This document shows, one piece after another, positions 38,001 through 52,350 of a DNA stretch of 64,000 nt. The notes under the pieces are model-generated. The model was not told where the DNA came from and searched no databases. It saw only the letters and a program-made list of their open reading frames with translations. The stretch lies in NCBI GenBank assembly GCA_002633005.1, contig NMRA01000365.1, forward strand, positions 68,145 through 132,144. Reading direction: 5' to 3'. The position numbers and the translations under genes are program-made. Positions within the stretch are counted from its first letter, which is position 1; each line of letters opens with the position of its first letter. Origin of the DNA: Phoronis australis (lineage: Eukaryota > Animalia > Phoronida).

Positions 38001-41000
38001 ATTGGACACAAAGTTGTAACGTACCACGAAGTTACACCGAGGTATGTCCAGTCCTTCCTGGGCCACATCAGTGGCAACTAAAAGACTAATGCCATCTGTA
38101 AACATGCCATTCAAAACTTAATGAAAAATAACAGGTTATACATAAATTGGGCGTGCGAATGCCTCCATCAACACAAGAAAAAAAAAGCTGCAGTTCGAAC
38201 ACGCACACACGTACTGTCCCAGACTGGAATATCGACAGCAAACCGTTGCTTATATAGAATTAGTAGCGATCTAGGATATCACAAGGGGGGGGGGCAACAT
38301 TTTGTCTGTAAACATTTGCTCAAAGCGCGATTGTTGATGCGCATAGCACCGAATGGGGGGAGGTCGGGAGGTTTCCTTGATTCCCGAAGCATTATCCAAG
38401 AAAAAGGCAAAAAATAGGAGAAAGTGTCAAACAGGAAGAATAGCAAGTACCACAGGCTTGAAAGAGTTCACGACCTGGCGGATAGAGAGCGCGTGCTTTA
38501 CCACTGCAGCACCACGATTTAACTCCTAATTTGATACTAAGAGACCTACTTGTTTATGGTCCACAGCGTTTGCGCGCGAACCTTCTTGTTGATATGCTTA
38601 TTACATGTTTTATATTTTGTGCAATCAGTTCGTAACAAATTTGTTGTATTTAAAATAGTCTTCGAATGCCCAGAAGACCAAATCCGTTTTTCGTATTGGC
38701 AATAATGACGCGATTGCTTTGGAAATCGTCTTAAGTTAAGGTTTGACAAAGAGAGAATTATGAGTTTCTGAGTGATTCACTAAGGCTTCGATTAAAATTG
38801 ACATCTTACCAGTAGCTTCTGTTTTTTCATCATCACTCAAGATTCCATTTTCTTTAAAAAAATGAAGTAATTTCTTCACTGCACAGTGGAGCAGATGACG
38901 GAAACAGAGTCGTAGTGCCCAGCGCCACTGGCGGTCGCCTGGGATATCGCGGGAGAGCCTATACTTAGCCATAGTTCCGTTACGATTGCGCCGTGTTCCG
39001 AATTTGATACTTGAAATTGGATCTGAGCNTGCGCATAGCACCGAATGGGGGAATGTCGGGAGGTTTCCTTGATTTCCGAAGTATTATCCAAGAAAAAGGC
39101 GAAAAATAGGAGAAAGTGTCAAACAGGAAGAATAGCAAGTACCACAGGCTTGAACGAGTTCACGACCTGGCGGATAGAGAGCGCGTGCTTTACCACTGCA
39201 GCACCACGATTTAACTCCTAATTTGATACTAAGAGACCTACTTGTTTATGGTCCACAACGTTTGCGCGCGAACCTTCTTTTTGTAAATGCTTATTACATG
39301 TTTTATATTTTGTGCAATCAGTTCGTAACAAATTTGTTGTATTTAAAATAGTCTTCAGTTGCCCAAAACACCAAATCCGTTTTTCGTCTTGGCAATAATG
39401 ACGCAATTGCTTTGTAAATCGTCTTAAGTTAAGGTTTGACAAAGAGAGAATTATGAGTTTCTGAGTGATTCACTAAGGCTTCGATTGCACAGTAGAGCAG
39501 ACGACGGAAACGGAGTCGTAGTCCCCAGCGCCACTGCCGGTCGCCTGGGATATCGCGGAAGAGCCTATACTTAACCATAGTTCCGTTACGATTGCGCCGT
39601 GTTCCGAATTTGATACTTGAAATTGGATCTGAGCCCCCCCCAAACAATAAAACTGCTCATATTTAAATCTTGTTTCAGCTGTATAATTTTAATTACCGGG
39701 GTTAATTAATAAACTCAAAATTTCCCTACGCTCTTGCTGTTTTATTTTTTTTACTGTCCCCCCAAATCCGCCTATGAGGATCACTTGGTCAATGACAGAA
39801 ATCTAAATGTAATCTTACAAAAGGTCACTCGAAAGCGTTTTGAGTCCAAATTGAAGATAAAGTTATCAGACGAGAACAAAGCTAAAATATAATCAGCTCA
39901 AGTATTCGGTACTCGGAGTAGACACCATCTCAAATGGAAGTCGTCCAATAGACTAGTACATCATCTATTTCTCAATGTTCGGTCATAGAGACAACCCATC
40001 TGCTGTGCTGCAAGCAAATGTTTTACTTGTACAGCCTTTCCATTTCACATATTAGTGGTAAATACACAAAACGTACCGAGAGTGGCGTACATGAAGTAAT
40101 ATCCCACGAGTCATTATTTCGGTCTCGGTCGATACGCGAATTCCTAAGTTACTTTAATTTTTTTCTTCAGATTTTTTAAATACTTCACTCAGACTGTTCA
40201 CACGGCGGATGACGTCCAATATGAATGTACTTGCGCGTTACCTTGCAAATTTTCACTTGTAAAAGAAACAGTTTTAAAGTAACGATTTATTTCTTGAAAA
40301 GAGGTAACAAAGATGAAAACAACGACAACTGTACAGTGAACTTGTAACATCTCCTGGAATCAGTTAAATAACAACAATAGTTGATATTGTAATTTCCTAG
40401 GAATCGGCGTCTGAGTTGAAGACAATAATATTTAGCAATTGAAAACTGAGACAGAAGTGTCATATAATTAACAATTTTGTTCCAGATTTTACTTTTAGGA
40501 CCTGGTTGCATGTTGAGCGTTAGTTACACTGCTGCAACTGTATTACTTTAAACTATGTTCGGAAAGTTTGATGGTCGAACCGGCTGATGACGTCGAGTCG
40601 ACATTGACCTACTCTTTGAATTTTCCTATGTCACAGGTCACAGCTGAAGTAGTGAATACGGAAAACATTATTACATGGTGTTGCACTCGACAGATTCAAC
40701 GCGTATGGGATAAGATACCAATACTCGTCAAGTATTCTGGATGAGAGAACTTTCCGTGTATTATTCTGCCCAGTTATTCAAGTACCGACTGCATCTCAAC
40801 AGAGGCTAAATCACAGAATTATTCTCCTCTTAACCTGATGTGACACGTTACTCGTTCTGTAAGTGTCTTCAACGAGATTACGATTGAAGTATCGGTAAAA
40901 CAGAACAGAGCAGAACATCACTTCACCTCCCTCAACATCAGGTAACAAATATACAAAACAGGCCTGTTGCAATAAGGTCCAAGAAGATCTCAGAATTTTC

Positions 41001-44000
41001 AGAAAATGGCAAAGTATTTTAATGAACGGGTAGGTAAATTAGTAATTGACAATGCAAAAACATACAAACACCGCATGAATGATGTTTGTCTGGTTCTATC
41101 TCCAAATTAGTGCATTTCGTATTAAACAAGCTGGGGCCATTTTTCTAGATTCAGGATTCAAAGTCTTTCTCAGTATCCCATTCAGTCCTCCAACGGAAGC
41201 CATGCTTTCTTCCATTGCACGTCTGGTCGTTTCAAGGAGGCTGTCTTTGTCATGACCTAGAAACCTCTTTCTCTGATTGGCTGATAGGTCTACAACATTG
41301 CTGTTGAAGCTTACCTTTCAGTATGCAACGACGTAGCTGCAGAAATATTTCTTCTCAACAGCACTGAGAGTGTGGGCATGTTGATCAATGGTTTGGAAGG
41401 AATGGTTAACACGGTGAAACATTGTTGAGATCATAGACATCTTAATACAATGTGATGTCTATGGTTGAGATAGTTCCCTATTTCATGTTAATCAACATGG
41501 AGGTCAATTTGTGAATGTCCTACAGGTCATGTAGTTACTGCAAATTACTTATGCAAATCAGACACCATTTATTACCTTTCTTTCTGAATTCCTCAATGAC
41601 ATCATTTTGTCGAGCGTCGGTGAGTCCATCAACACCTTTTCCGATAAGAAAGCCAACACGTTGCCGATGTTTAAAATGACTAGCCAAAATGTTACAAAGC
41701 CACTCTACTCCCAACTTTCGTCTCGTTAAAATCAAACCTAAATGAAGACAAAAAATGAAAAATACGTAAGCCTAAAACTTCAAAATGAAATGAAACCAGT
41801 TCCGATAATTTGTTGTAATATATATGCGACCTCGTGAAAGAAGAACAGTTGATTGAAGAATCGGCAAAAAAGAAACAGGCCAATAGCTGACGCAATTGCG
41901 CCGAAAGCTGACGCAAAAGATCGTTCCACAACTTTAGCAGCAGAATAACGGTAGGCCTAGAACGCCAAATTTTGCAACACCGGTAAATAATTTAGTTTAC
42001 TCAAGGAAGAGTGTAGTTTTTGGCATATTTGTGTCAGATTTTATCTGGTCAGTTTTTTACCCACATCGGCACAAAGCTGTATATTTAGTATACCAGCTTT
42101 GTGCCAAGGCTGGATTTATTAGAGAACCAGTTTCATCCACTTAAGTAACGGGGCCGTTATTCAGTGATTGCCTAATTCTCTAAATCAAGAACCGCTTTAT
42201 CCTACCACTGCCGAATTTGCATTTTACCAGGACCTTCTGTTTCTTCATCGTCACTCAGCTTCCGCTTTCTTTGAAAATAATAAATAATTTTCTTCGTTGC
42301 ACAGTGGAGCAGACAACGGAAACCGTGTTAGAGCGCAGCGCCACTGCCAGTCGTCTGGGAGATCACGCGCATATCGCATACTTATAATGTTAATTACCGG
42401 GATTAATTTATAAACTCAATAATTCCTCACACTGTTGTTTCGCGGCTGCCAAGGATGGGGTGGGGGGGATGGCCTAAACCCGCCTATGCTTACCAAAGCG
42501 AAATCTACTTGAATTAGAGGGTGTCGTGTAGACGTTCGTTAAAGATGGGGAGATCGCGCGCATATCGATCGGAAGTGGCATTACTTAGCCATAGTGATGC
42601 GTGTTTTGAAGTTCGACGAGATCACGAAAGATCACGTCAGTGGTTCACGAGTTTCTGTGCCGAGAAGTTCAAAGTTATTGGAGAAAACGGTACATAAGCA
42701 CCCAAAATATCCACCACCTCCATTTAAGTTTTTCACGACCCCTGTTCGCATGTTCGTGGCCCGAAGTTGTTGAGCATTTGCAGCAATTCGAATGCCAATT
42801 ATTAGAGTTTTTTCTAGTCAATTCAATTCTGACGTTGGCACCGAATCACCTGTCTCAGCCCGACGCAAAATTCTAATACTGTGACGTCGATTAAACGGAC
42901 GAGACTTGCATGGATATCGAAGCTGGTGCCTTAAAACAATGTGTAAACCAAGGGAAGAATTCTGGTCTTACAAGGCAAAAACTCAAGGAATTTGTTAATT
43001 TTCGTGTTACCAAGGAAACCCTGTATAATTCAGTTGCCTTAGGTTGTGGTTACTCTCACCTTTTGGATTGTCACTTGCGCTCAAAAGACGTTCAAGAAGT
43101 ACTGTTAGTTCGCGTAACATCGGGTTTATATCTCCTCTCACTGCTGCTTGCATTTGTGACATTTTCTCTTCATAAAGTGACAAAATGCTGTGTGGAAACA
43201 AAAAGGACACAGAAAGACATTAGTTTGAAGATTCTTGTTAAGCGTTACTTGGGTTAAGACATTTTTGTTATTCTTAAAGTGTATAAATGAACAAGTAGGG
43301 GCATTTCATTGCGAAAAGTATGTCAATATCAACTGGACTTATGACTCCTAAAAGTACGTAGTCAGCGGCGAATATTGACTACACTAATGCTCTGCAAAAA
43401 TCAGTGAATAAATAAATCTAGGCCAAATTCTTACCTCAATTCATAAATAGTATTTGCTCCTTTTACGCAAGCTGGCATATTTTCTTCTAAGAACTTCATT
43501 GCATCGTCAGCTCTGAATTCCTTAAAATACAGTAAGGTGTCGTTCAAAACCCGGAGGAAGGAACACGCCGATACCACGTCAGTTAGCGTAGCACTCTTCT
43601 CTGCCTGGATTTTCAGTTGCATAACCGTGGACTCATATGCTTGGGTACCCTTCGTTTCTTTGCCAACGGGTCTGCCCAACATTGGGTCAGATTCTTCGAC
43701 TCTTTGCATCAAATATTCCACTTCTTCCTGGAAGGCAGAATGTTGTCGTGGTAGGACAGAAATGAGCTGGTTTTCCCTTGGTTTGGGGTTGTGTTGCAAG
43801 AGCTCTTCTGTGTTTTGACGGACGTGTGAGATCTTGGAACAGTCCAAGTTAGCACATACGTGAATGTAATGCTTGAGCGCCTCTTTCTTGCCCACACCTA
43901 GAGATGCCGTCATTCCTAACACTTGTGGCAATCTTACGCGGGGATCAGTCACCTTCTCTTTCAAGTAGAATCGCATAATCTGATTGAAGGGATGGTCTCG

Positions 44001-47000
44001 AGTTGTATGGTGGCACTCGTCCATCACAAAAAGATTGAAATCTTTTATGGAGACATCTCCTAATATTGTAAAAAATGAAAAATCTTTCAATTGGCCCCTT
44101 CATCTCTTAGTGCTGTCTTTAAAGTTTTCAATACACCACTCACAAAGTTTAGAAAGAATGTCTTTGCAACATGCAAATCTGTTATTTTTCGTTTGGTTTT
44201 GGTAAAATCGAAATTAATAGGCTTACAACTTCTATTAATGTTTTTTTCCAAAAGGTAATTTTGAAGTTAACAAGACTTTTACACCTTGTAAAGAATGACA
44301 CGTCTAGCTTGGAGATAATTTTAATCATCTCGGTCATTTGAAAGTCGATCCTCCCCTTTTCCGGTTTCGTTTGTGAAAGGAAGCGGTAACTGAACGTTGC
44401 GTTTGACATACATGCATCTTGATTGACCCCACAAAAAGGTGTCAAGAAAAACTCTCAACAATCAAACTGACCTTTGGAAGGCATTTGACGTTCTTAGCTG
44501 ACAGATACGAAAATATTACCTTGATTCAAGGAGTTCACCAAAATTTGCGCAGTTATGAACAGAATTGCATCTGTGTCGCTAATACTATCTCTCAGTATCT
44601 CATCATCAGATAATGTTCTGACAATTTGTATATTGTCTTGAAACAGCTTCCTGAATTCCCCACACTGCTGTGTCACCAAGTTACGAATGGGTACGATGAA
44701 AAGACATCGAAATGGGAAGCTTTCTTTTTTACAAGCGTCGTACATCCTTCTGGCAATGAAAGCGGCCGTCAACGTTTTCCCACTTCCTGTAGACAATGCA
44801 ATACGGTCTCAACTGCAAGCAACTAACAGGCATACGATTTAGCAACCGATGCTCTAGTGTAGTAGAACAAGTAGACCTCATAACCTTCAATTAAAATAGT
44901 TCAACTAAAATCTCACATTTCATGCTTTTTCAAATGGGCAACAGAAAAAAAAAATGTTAGAGTGTTGTCACCACAGAGTTAAGTTTAATAAGGAACAATT
45001 GATAACAAAAACATTTTACTGGACAGGAATAACAGCTTTAAATAGAAAGCGGAGCAGTGCGCATGCGCTTTCCTTTGGCCACACCTCTAGCCATAATAAC
45101 CTGTTGGAGCACAGATGATGGTGTTTTTGCCGCTTAGAGCTGGTCCCGCCAGTTCCTTCTGATAAGAATATAGTTCCACTTTGTTGCAACCAGTGGAGCC
45201 TGAAGTGAGTGAAGTTCTCGAGACACGGCTGTACAACGTGGCTTCTTCAGAACCGACAGCAGACGACCCCGAGTCTTTATCTGGTGGAAGGCCTACGTCT
45301 GGTACGATTTCACAGATGGGATTGTCGAAGAAAGCATTCGTGGCAGCAGCGTAATCTGTAACGGTTCATATATATTAGCTGTAGCTGTTCATACATTATT
45401 TAAGTGGTTTGTTTGAGGAAGCTGTTCACTATTGTATCAGTTTGTGTAGGACGTCAGGATCACTGTAAAAAAATAATTGCAGGCGGCGGTCTGATACACG
45501 TTGTAACAGACGTGAGCAGGCTGCGCATGTGGGCCCATTGCACTGATCACCTCGAACTATTTTTATGCTTTATTAAAATATTATTAAAACGGAGTTGAGG
45601 AGCTAGAAACCTGACTCAAGGGTTTAGCACTGTGACCCAGTGGGACTCGAACCCACGACTTCGAGAAAAGAATGCACTAATATCACACCAGGTCATAATG
45701 TCTCCTCTCAGGATCACTATGGTCAACTCATAAATTTGGTGAAGAATAATGACGTATGTCTTACTCAAGCTAAATTTCGGGACTTAAAGATTAACTTTGC
45801 TTTTTGTCTACAGGATAAAAATTGAAAGGTATTTTTACATCTAGCTTAACAAAATTCAAGACAAAATAAATCAATTACCTTCTGCGCCGTCAAATTTCAA
45901 GTTAAGGTCACGAAAGGTGTCCTCCAAAGTACCGAGATCGCTTTCGTCTTCCTGGGATCTAAGTTCGCCATCTGTTGTAGAGACAAGGCATATTGGCTAT
46001 GATAGTCGATACAACATCGAATCAGAGATGTACTATTGCAGACCGGGTAAATTGAGAAAAACAAAAAGGAAACACGTTGTTGTCGCATTATGACTGGACA
46101 TTGCAAAAAGTCTGTAAATTGTGGAAAATGAGTGAGTAGTGATCTATACTTTTAGAGCTGGCTTTATCAACGTCAGAAAATCCAATTCTAGCAAATACAG
46201 TCGTAACTTTAATGTGCACATAAACGTGGCTCGTAAAGGACGTCGTTAAGTCTCAATATGAAATATCATCGCTTTAATGTCAGTGCCGACGATTTGCTCT
46301 TTCAGAAAATGTAGTGACGTGCTCTAAAAAACATGCCAACGACTTAGCTATGGCCGGGCATACGATCTTTGATAAAACGGGCCCTTGTTGTCTCGTTGCT
46401 GCCCGATCAGCTGACACGGATAAAGTTAGTGACGGAGTTCTTTATACAGTTTGACAAAAATGACAATGCCTCACGATAAATAACTTCAAACTTTGAAATA
46501 AACCTAAAAGCTGCATAATTCGCCGTTAACCTGGCTAAAAACGAAAATCAAATCTTGCCTTTTACTCTCTTAAAACCGTTCTCATAACATTCCTGACCGT
46601 GATAGGATCGCATTTCCGTTACCAACTCGTGTCATAGGCGATGCGTACATGTGCCACTGATAAATTTGCGATAAAAGAATGAAAATTTTGAGACATCCAT
46701 TTGAGAAAACATATCAAGTTTGAGTCTAATACACAGGCGCTTGGGTTCATCTGTTCCTGATCGTAAATGACGTCACTCAATACAAGGCTTACAAGTTGAA
46801 GCACAACTGAAATCCGCCATGTTTACTACTTTAGGTACTTGAATTTAAAGTTTTGAGATCTTTTGAAAATTCCATCGCTAATTGACCACTCACAAGGACA
46901 ATTAATGGGATCAAGGAAAGATAAGGCTTCGAATGTTCATGCAATACCACACTGAGGGAGGTGCACGCTGATTATATTCGGATTTTGGAGAGTTGAAGTT

Positions 47001-50000
47001 GGGAGCCTCAGCTTGGCAAACTTTAATTGTCCAACCGTTATGTTTCTTATATATGGTTACAAGTCATCGGGAAATTCGAGGGCCTGTGGTCTAATACTGG
47101 AATAAAAACTTACAAAAATTAGCGACGTTGCGTCCGTTATAATAATAATGTCACAAGCCAAGCTGAAGTCCGTGAGATGCAGACGCAACGTCGCTAATTT
47201 TTGTAAGTTTTTATTCCAGTATTAGACTCGAACTTGATATATAAATTTGCGATATTAGGGTTAGCTAACCCCAATAAACCCTGAAGTGGTTTTGAGTCGC
47301 TGGTGGTTTCAAAGCCTTTGTTCACGGTAAGGAATATCAATAGACCGGTTTTATCTGAGTAGAAGGTTAATTCGACTTTAGTCGTTTAGCAGCCGACTGA
47401 AAAGGGTGAAATGAATCTTAAATTTGAAAAAAAAAAACGTAAAGCCAAGTAAAGAGGACGAAATTTTCAACTAAAACAAACACGAATTACAAATTGTTAT
47501 CTGTATAGCCTAGAACCCAGGGACCTGTTAAAAACTGATTTAGCTAAGACAAATCTTTTAATTCAGTTCTAAGATAAAACTTCAATTTGTCTTTTAAGTC
47601 CGTTCCAAGAAAATGATCTCAATTTAACGTAAGTTTTTGGCTGAAGTTTTGTTTTAAGTTCGACCAACTTACCAGATGTAGAAATTTCAGAATTTGAAAG
47701 TTGAGGCAAACTCAAGTCGAAAATGAACTTAAATCAATTTCTTGAAACGGGCGCCAGGAGTAGAGCCTTACGACGGAAATGATGTCGCTGTATTCAAATA
47801 AAAACCATGTTGCGTAGTGCAGCGTGAGGAGTGTTAACAAAAATGTCACTGATTTGATGGGACACCTTAGGGTGCTGTTTCAATGGTTACCTGGACGAGG
47901 GCACCCCGAGAGATCTAAGCCTATACTCATGATTGAAAATTACTTCATAAACGGCTTCAACTCACCATTAGTCGGGCAGCCTAAGGATCGGAGAAGTGAG
48001 TCGTAATTTGGCTCTCCCAAAATCAGCTGTACCACATCCGAATAATCACGTTTCATCAGAATCTTGATGAACGATATAAACCATTCATTTTTATAACGGT
48101 AAATATACGTAAGTAACGTACGCACAGCATTCCTGTTACCCTTGTTTGTGTTCACACGTTGAACATGCTCCCTGTAACAATACGCCGAAGAGCTCATGAT
48201 TAACAAAGATAAGTATGTAAAAACATGATAACATACTTCACAAAAAATCATCGATTTTGACAAAATCAAATGGCAACAATACAGTTCAAACTAAATTAAA
48301 CACATAGCAAAAAACATTTATGAACCCACAAACGTTAGCTTTCCAACGAGGCATGTAGATAAATAGCACTACCAAAGTAAGGCTATGCATAAGAACATGT
48401 AGATAAATAATAACACCGAGCATAAAAATATAACATATTCGTACATTTTTCTTTCTTTTGTAAACTATCATGTATAGCCGATAAGCCTGCCTTCTGTCAC
48501 AAAAATGATTAAAAACCACTCATCATTGTGAAAGTTGGTCTCAAGATGTTCTTTAATCAAATTGCAAGTGATGATGTCTTCGAAAGAACTGACAGTTCGT
48601 TATTGGTTGAAACTGATCTCTACAGGTTAGCTTATGGTCACGTGATGTCATTTCATGTGCCGGGTTTTGTCGTTCACGAAGAGTCAGTTCGTTTCAAACC
48701 CAGAACTCACTTCTCATCTCAGCAAGAAACAAGTTGAGACCAATGTTATAGCAGCAAGTGATCTAAATCAGAAACTCGCGGGTTCATAGTCGATTAAATC
48801 GTTTAATTGTGATTGGCAACACACTGTCCATTGTAGACGTTCTCTGTATAACTAAAACACTGGCACCCGGAAGTTTGTGGTCTGACGTTGAACCAAGACG
48901 CAGTGTGTGAAAATTAATTGGTGGAAAATTTTAATTTGTTAAAAGTGATTGTAACTGGAAACTCTATTTGTATAACAACATAATTTGAATTCAATTTGGA
49001 AATTTAACATACCAGCTCAGTCTAACATGTCCACCACTCAAATTGGAAGTTTAAGTCGTTAACTTTTAGGTGAAGTGGACAAACATTTTCAAAATAAAAA
49101 TATTGACCAAGCAGACAGCTAGAGTGTGTCGTTTTATCCAAATATTTTGAGGACGTGCACTATTTTCTTTTAATTGTAATATATACACTGAACTAGGGAA
49201 AGCGCATTGATACGTATTTTTGTAAGCACTCTTCCATATTACTGTAAGCGCTCTTCCGTATTCAAATTCATCAAGCTCAGTGTCATGCAGCAATGTACAA
49301 CTTAGTAAACATGCATTCTTCGCCTTTCAAATTCGTTAGAACAAGTTTTCCACGCAATCATTTAAAATTTGTTTTTAATACCTTTGGCTTATGAGATTAT
49401 ATTTTCTATTACAAAAAAGTCGACTGTGATTGGTGGAAAAGTACCTGTCCCTGGTTTGAATAAGATCCACTGCCTCACATTCGATTAAAATGTTGTCCAC
49501 ATCAACAATTTCTTCAACATTTCTCGAAAATAATTTGATCATTCGAATAAATTGCTGGTAATCCGCAGGAGGCTTGTTTCCCTCTAAAACGTCTACGAGG
49601 CGCTCATAGTCTGTAAAGCATAGAGATTGCAAGGATTTTACTCAATTTGACGGATGAATAGGCTACTACTGACAAGGAATTTTTGTAACTGGTAATTTAG
49701 GAGAAAAAAGTTTAGGCATGAAAAGCCAAAAAATGGTATGCTTTCAAACAAAAGCTACAATGAAAACATTCAGAGTACTATTGCTAGAAAGCCAAATAGT
49801 CCGAAATGGCATTTTTCTTATGCCAGGACCAAAATAAAGGGAGCTGCACAAACGTAGCGTCTATTTCTTTGTTTATACACACATATAAGAAGCACGGTGC
49901 AACGCGTATTCCTACGGTCAAGACAGCAATGGGTTGCGAAAGAGCGCGAAAAATCACTTGAGTAATGGGTATCCCTATAAAGCACAAAACATTCCAAGCA

Positions 50001-52350
50001 AATGTCATACGGTATTGTCTTTTGATTGTTCACGTTTTCGGCATCTGGGACGGTATCAGGAACATAAAACCACGCAGAAACAGCGCCCATGGTCAACGGT
50101 GTTCCGGAAATGCAAGAAATTACGATTTAACGACTCACCTACAACGCTGACAGCACAGATACCCCTACATCCAGTATTGCATTCATTGAATCACAGGCTA
50201 GTAGATTTTAGTCTTTCATTGCACGTTAAAGTCAGTGGACTCCAAGAGACCTTGGGCCCGTTCCAAGAAACTGACTTAAGTTCATTATTGACTTAAGTCT
50301 AAGATTTGTCTTAACTTCCATACTTTGAAACTTTCACATCCGGTAAGATAGTTAAAATTAAGACAAAACTTTTATCAAATATTTAATTCAAACATAAGAC
50401 CTCTTTCCTGAATCAGTATCGAGACAAATTTAAGTCTTATTTTAAAATTTACTAAAATTTGAGATTTGTCTTAGCTAAGTCAGTTTTGTTGGAACGGTCC
50501 CCTTTTTGGAAAGTCCTAGAAAGTTTTCGCCAATAAATTTACCTCTTCCAGTCATAAATGCGACTCGGACTGCTTTGGTTTTTACTCCAGCGTTGGCATA
50601 AGACAATGGTGCAAAAATGGATCTTACAGAGTAGGGCTTCTGCTCTAAAATGCCAGCACATTTGGGTAACGCAATAAATGTAGCATAAAGTGCGACAGGA
50701 ACAAACGTGTGGACTGCCGCGACACATAATTTGTTGATCGCCCGCCGACCAGTTCTTGAAGCAACATTAATTGCAATATGACAGAGTTGTCATCATCATA
50801 TCTCAGTAGGCTTAAACAGTGATTATTGTCCTTGGAACTAACTTACTCTGTTCCCTGAGAGACTGTAGAAAGGCTTGGAAACAGTTTGGACCTGAGCTCT
50901 CTATAAGATTACTTAATAGCAAAGAACAGGCCCTCTTGTGTTCCCCAGAGTCACAGTGACTTTGGATCTTATTCTCTACGTCTGAAATAAAACAATCTCT
51001 GCTGAAGATATTAACAGTAGAATACTATGCGTTTATTGGCTGTCTTTATATTACAATTTTGTTAGTAAATGGGTAGTCCCGACAAACGCAGTTAAACCAC
51101 GACTTCCATAGCTGCGGTTGTAAACAAACGCAAAGCACATATGGCAGTTAGAGGAACTTAAGCGCACCGCAACAGTTTATTTCGTTTACGAATAAGCCGA
51201 ATAAAAAGAGTCTTGGGTTGTCGATGAGGTCACGTTTCCGTAAGTACATCGCATATGCTGTCAGTTACATGCGTTCCACTGCTTCATTGTCTAATTCAAA
51301 CCAGAAAGGAAGGACAATAATTGGGAAATGTTAGGTTGAGCATAGTGTTTATCGGGCACATACACTAAACTATGCTGTCTACTACATGCTTTTATATCTC
51401 GAACCCTTTCAGCTTGTCCGTTCTTCATAATCGTTTAGTGGTCTGCACAGTATATGTGTACCAAACTCATCGAAAAACCATATTTCTGCTCACCCGAGAG
51501 GTGCTTTAAAAAATGTCCGTCCGCTGATTTTGGTCAGAGACTAAGCTCGACGCATCCGTTGTGACATTAGCCAATTTATAATTGTAGGTCCTGGTCTCAA
51601 GCAACAACGAACTGATTGTTCTTTACCGACAAGCCGAGCCGCAAAATTCTCCTCTCTAAGTAGACTAAGGAATAAATTTTGAAACCAATTCCACGCATCA
51701 AAACTACGTTAAAAGAATTTTTTTCTTCTGACAGAAGGTTGGGTCTCGGGTATGATGTAATGTAACAAGTATATAGCCGGGTCGCTTTAGCCATATGTGC
51801 CTATATCTATGATGTAATGTAACAAGTAGCCGGGTCGCTTTATCCATGTATGTCCTTTTATCTACGATGAGGGCGAACTCTTACCCTGAGGATGCTAGTC
51901 GATGCGGTACGTGATCCTGGCAAATCCTACGGGAGTGTGAATAAAAATTCAAAGTGTCCTTCACCGCCGCGAATCTTATCCGGCGTCACGGGGATCGAAG
52001 TGAGTCCATATATGTGCCTAGAGGAAATCTTATGGGGGTGTCAGGGTCGGTGTGACCGCCAATTAAAGAATACGTTTCGAGGGCCCTTACCAACAGTTAG
52101 AAACTGATATTACAAAAAACTGAGACAAATCACCGAGCGGGGTCGTACTTAACCACCCGTTAGCAGCTGCATGGTCTCAGGTAACATCTTCAATGGACGA
52201 ATCACAGAAATTAACCCATTAACAAGGAAACCTACCAGCATCAAAATGAACCCCATGTGAAATCAAGCTTCCTAAAATCGTAGATGGTATAAGAAGTTCT
52301 TCTATTATTGTTCGATTTTCCTCTAACACTTTTTTTCTTTCGACCTCCAT
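35071..52350 (-). CDS. RIG-I-like receptor (DDX58/IFIH1-like): 2xCARD, DExD/H helicase, pincer, C-terminal domain; ~961 aa if a 1-nt frameshift at ~36802 is corrected. Exons 52350-52236, 50981-50847, 49610-49445, 48171-47966, 45971-45879, 45355-45101, 44786-44520, 44059-43435, 43187-43060, 41737-41576, 38095-37812, 36890-36666, 35294-35071
   Basis: In-phase GT-AG exons give CARD-like MEVERKKVLEENRTIIEELLIPSTIL / GPNCFQAFLQSL / WFISFIKIL; Q motif LYSYQKEL; APTGSGKT (motif I); VPIRNLVTQ (Ia); DECHH (II); GMTAS (III); ATDVAQEGLDI (V); QSRGRAR (VI); CTD FCKKC, LCHAESIRRKGSHYICIDP, ECGGPC..IG and NWRKVPFTI. The 45971-45879 linker exon is supported only by splice sites and phase. Confidence 0.9.
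35923..36644. mobile_element. GC-rich ~720-bp insert in the last RLR intron, possible solo LTR
   Basis: TG...CA termini and a sharp compositional change; no clear target-site duplication and no coding motif. Confidence 0.3.
37019..37262. mobile_element. MITE, second copy of the 20433-20670 family
   Basis: CATGCGCGCAC...GGTGCGCGTACG termini and shared internal GCGGACCTTTTTGCCCA. Confidence 0.6.
38338..39634. repeat. Direct duplication (38338-39028 and 39030-39634) of an interspersed repeat either side of a single N; related sequence at ~42240-42490
   Basis: Near-identical copies; the second lacks ~87 bp. The N at 39029 suggests an allelic overlap in the assembly. Confidence 0.85.
41925..42113 (+). 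mobile_element. Second copy of the Helitron-like 3'-end repeat
   Basis: Homologous to 18705-19108; stem GGCACAAAGCTG/CAGCTTTGTGCC followed by CTGG (CTRR). Confidence 0.5.
45467..45552. mobile_element. ~86-bp short mobile element (inverted copy at ~52571-52656)
   Basis: Reverse-complement match between the two sites; absent from the paralogous position at ~53591. Confidence 0.6.
47089..47227. repeat. Perfect 46-bp inverted repeat with 47-nt spacer in an RLR intron
   Basis: GTCTAATACTGGAATAAAAACTTACAAAAATTAGCGACGTTGCGTC (47089-47134) and its exact reverse complement (47182-47227). Confidence 0.95.
47521..47754. mobile_element. MITE, PIF/Harbinger-like, diverged inverted copy
   Basis: AAACTGATTTAGCTAAGACAAATC...CTTAAATCAATTTCTTGAAACGGGC; flanked by CAG on both sides (possible 3-bp TSD). 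Confidence 0.5.
50254..50501. mobile_element. MITE, PIF/Harbinger-like
   Basis: TIRs GGGCCCGTTCCAAGAAACTGACTTA...TAAGTCAGTTTTGTTGGAACGGTCCC; homologous to 25385-25551. Confidence 0.7.

Noticed and set aside
38338-39634. ~650-bp tandem duplication as a biological event
   Set aside because: The copies meet exactly at a single N, typical of allelic contig overlap, and the content is an interspersed repeat.
45625-45665. tRNA gene candidate (B-box GGTTCGAGTCCCAC on the minus strand)
   Set aside because: Only a T-arm-like piece is present; more likely a SINE fragment.
50539-50727. Possible extra RLR exon
   Set aside because: The flanking exons 50981-50847 and 49610-49445 already join in phase with a sensible CARD sequence, and this segment shows no recognisable motif.
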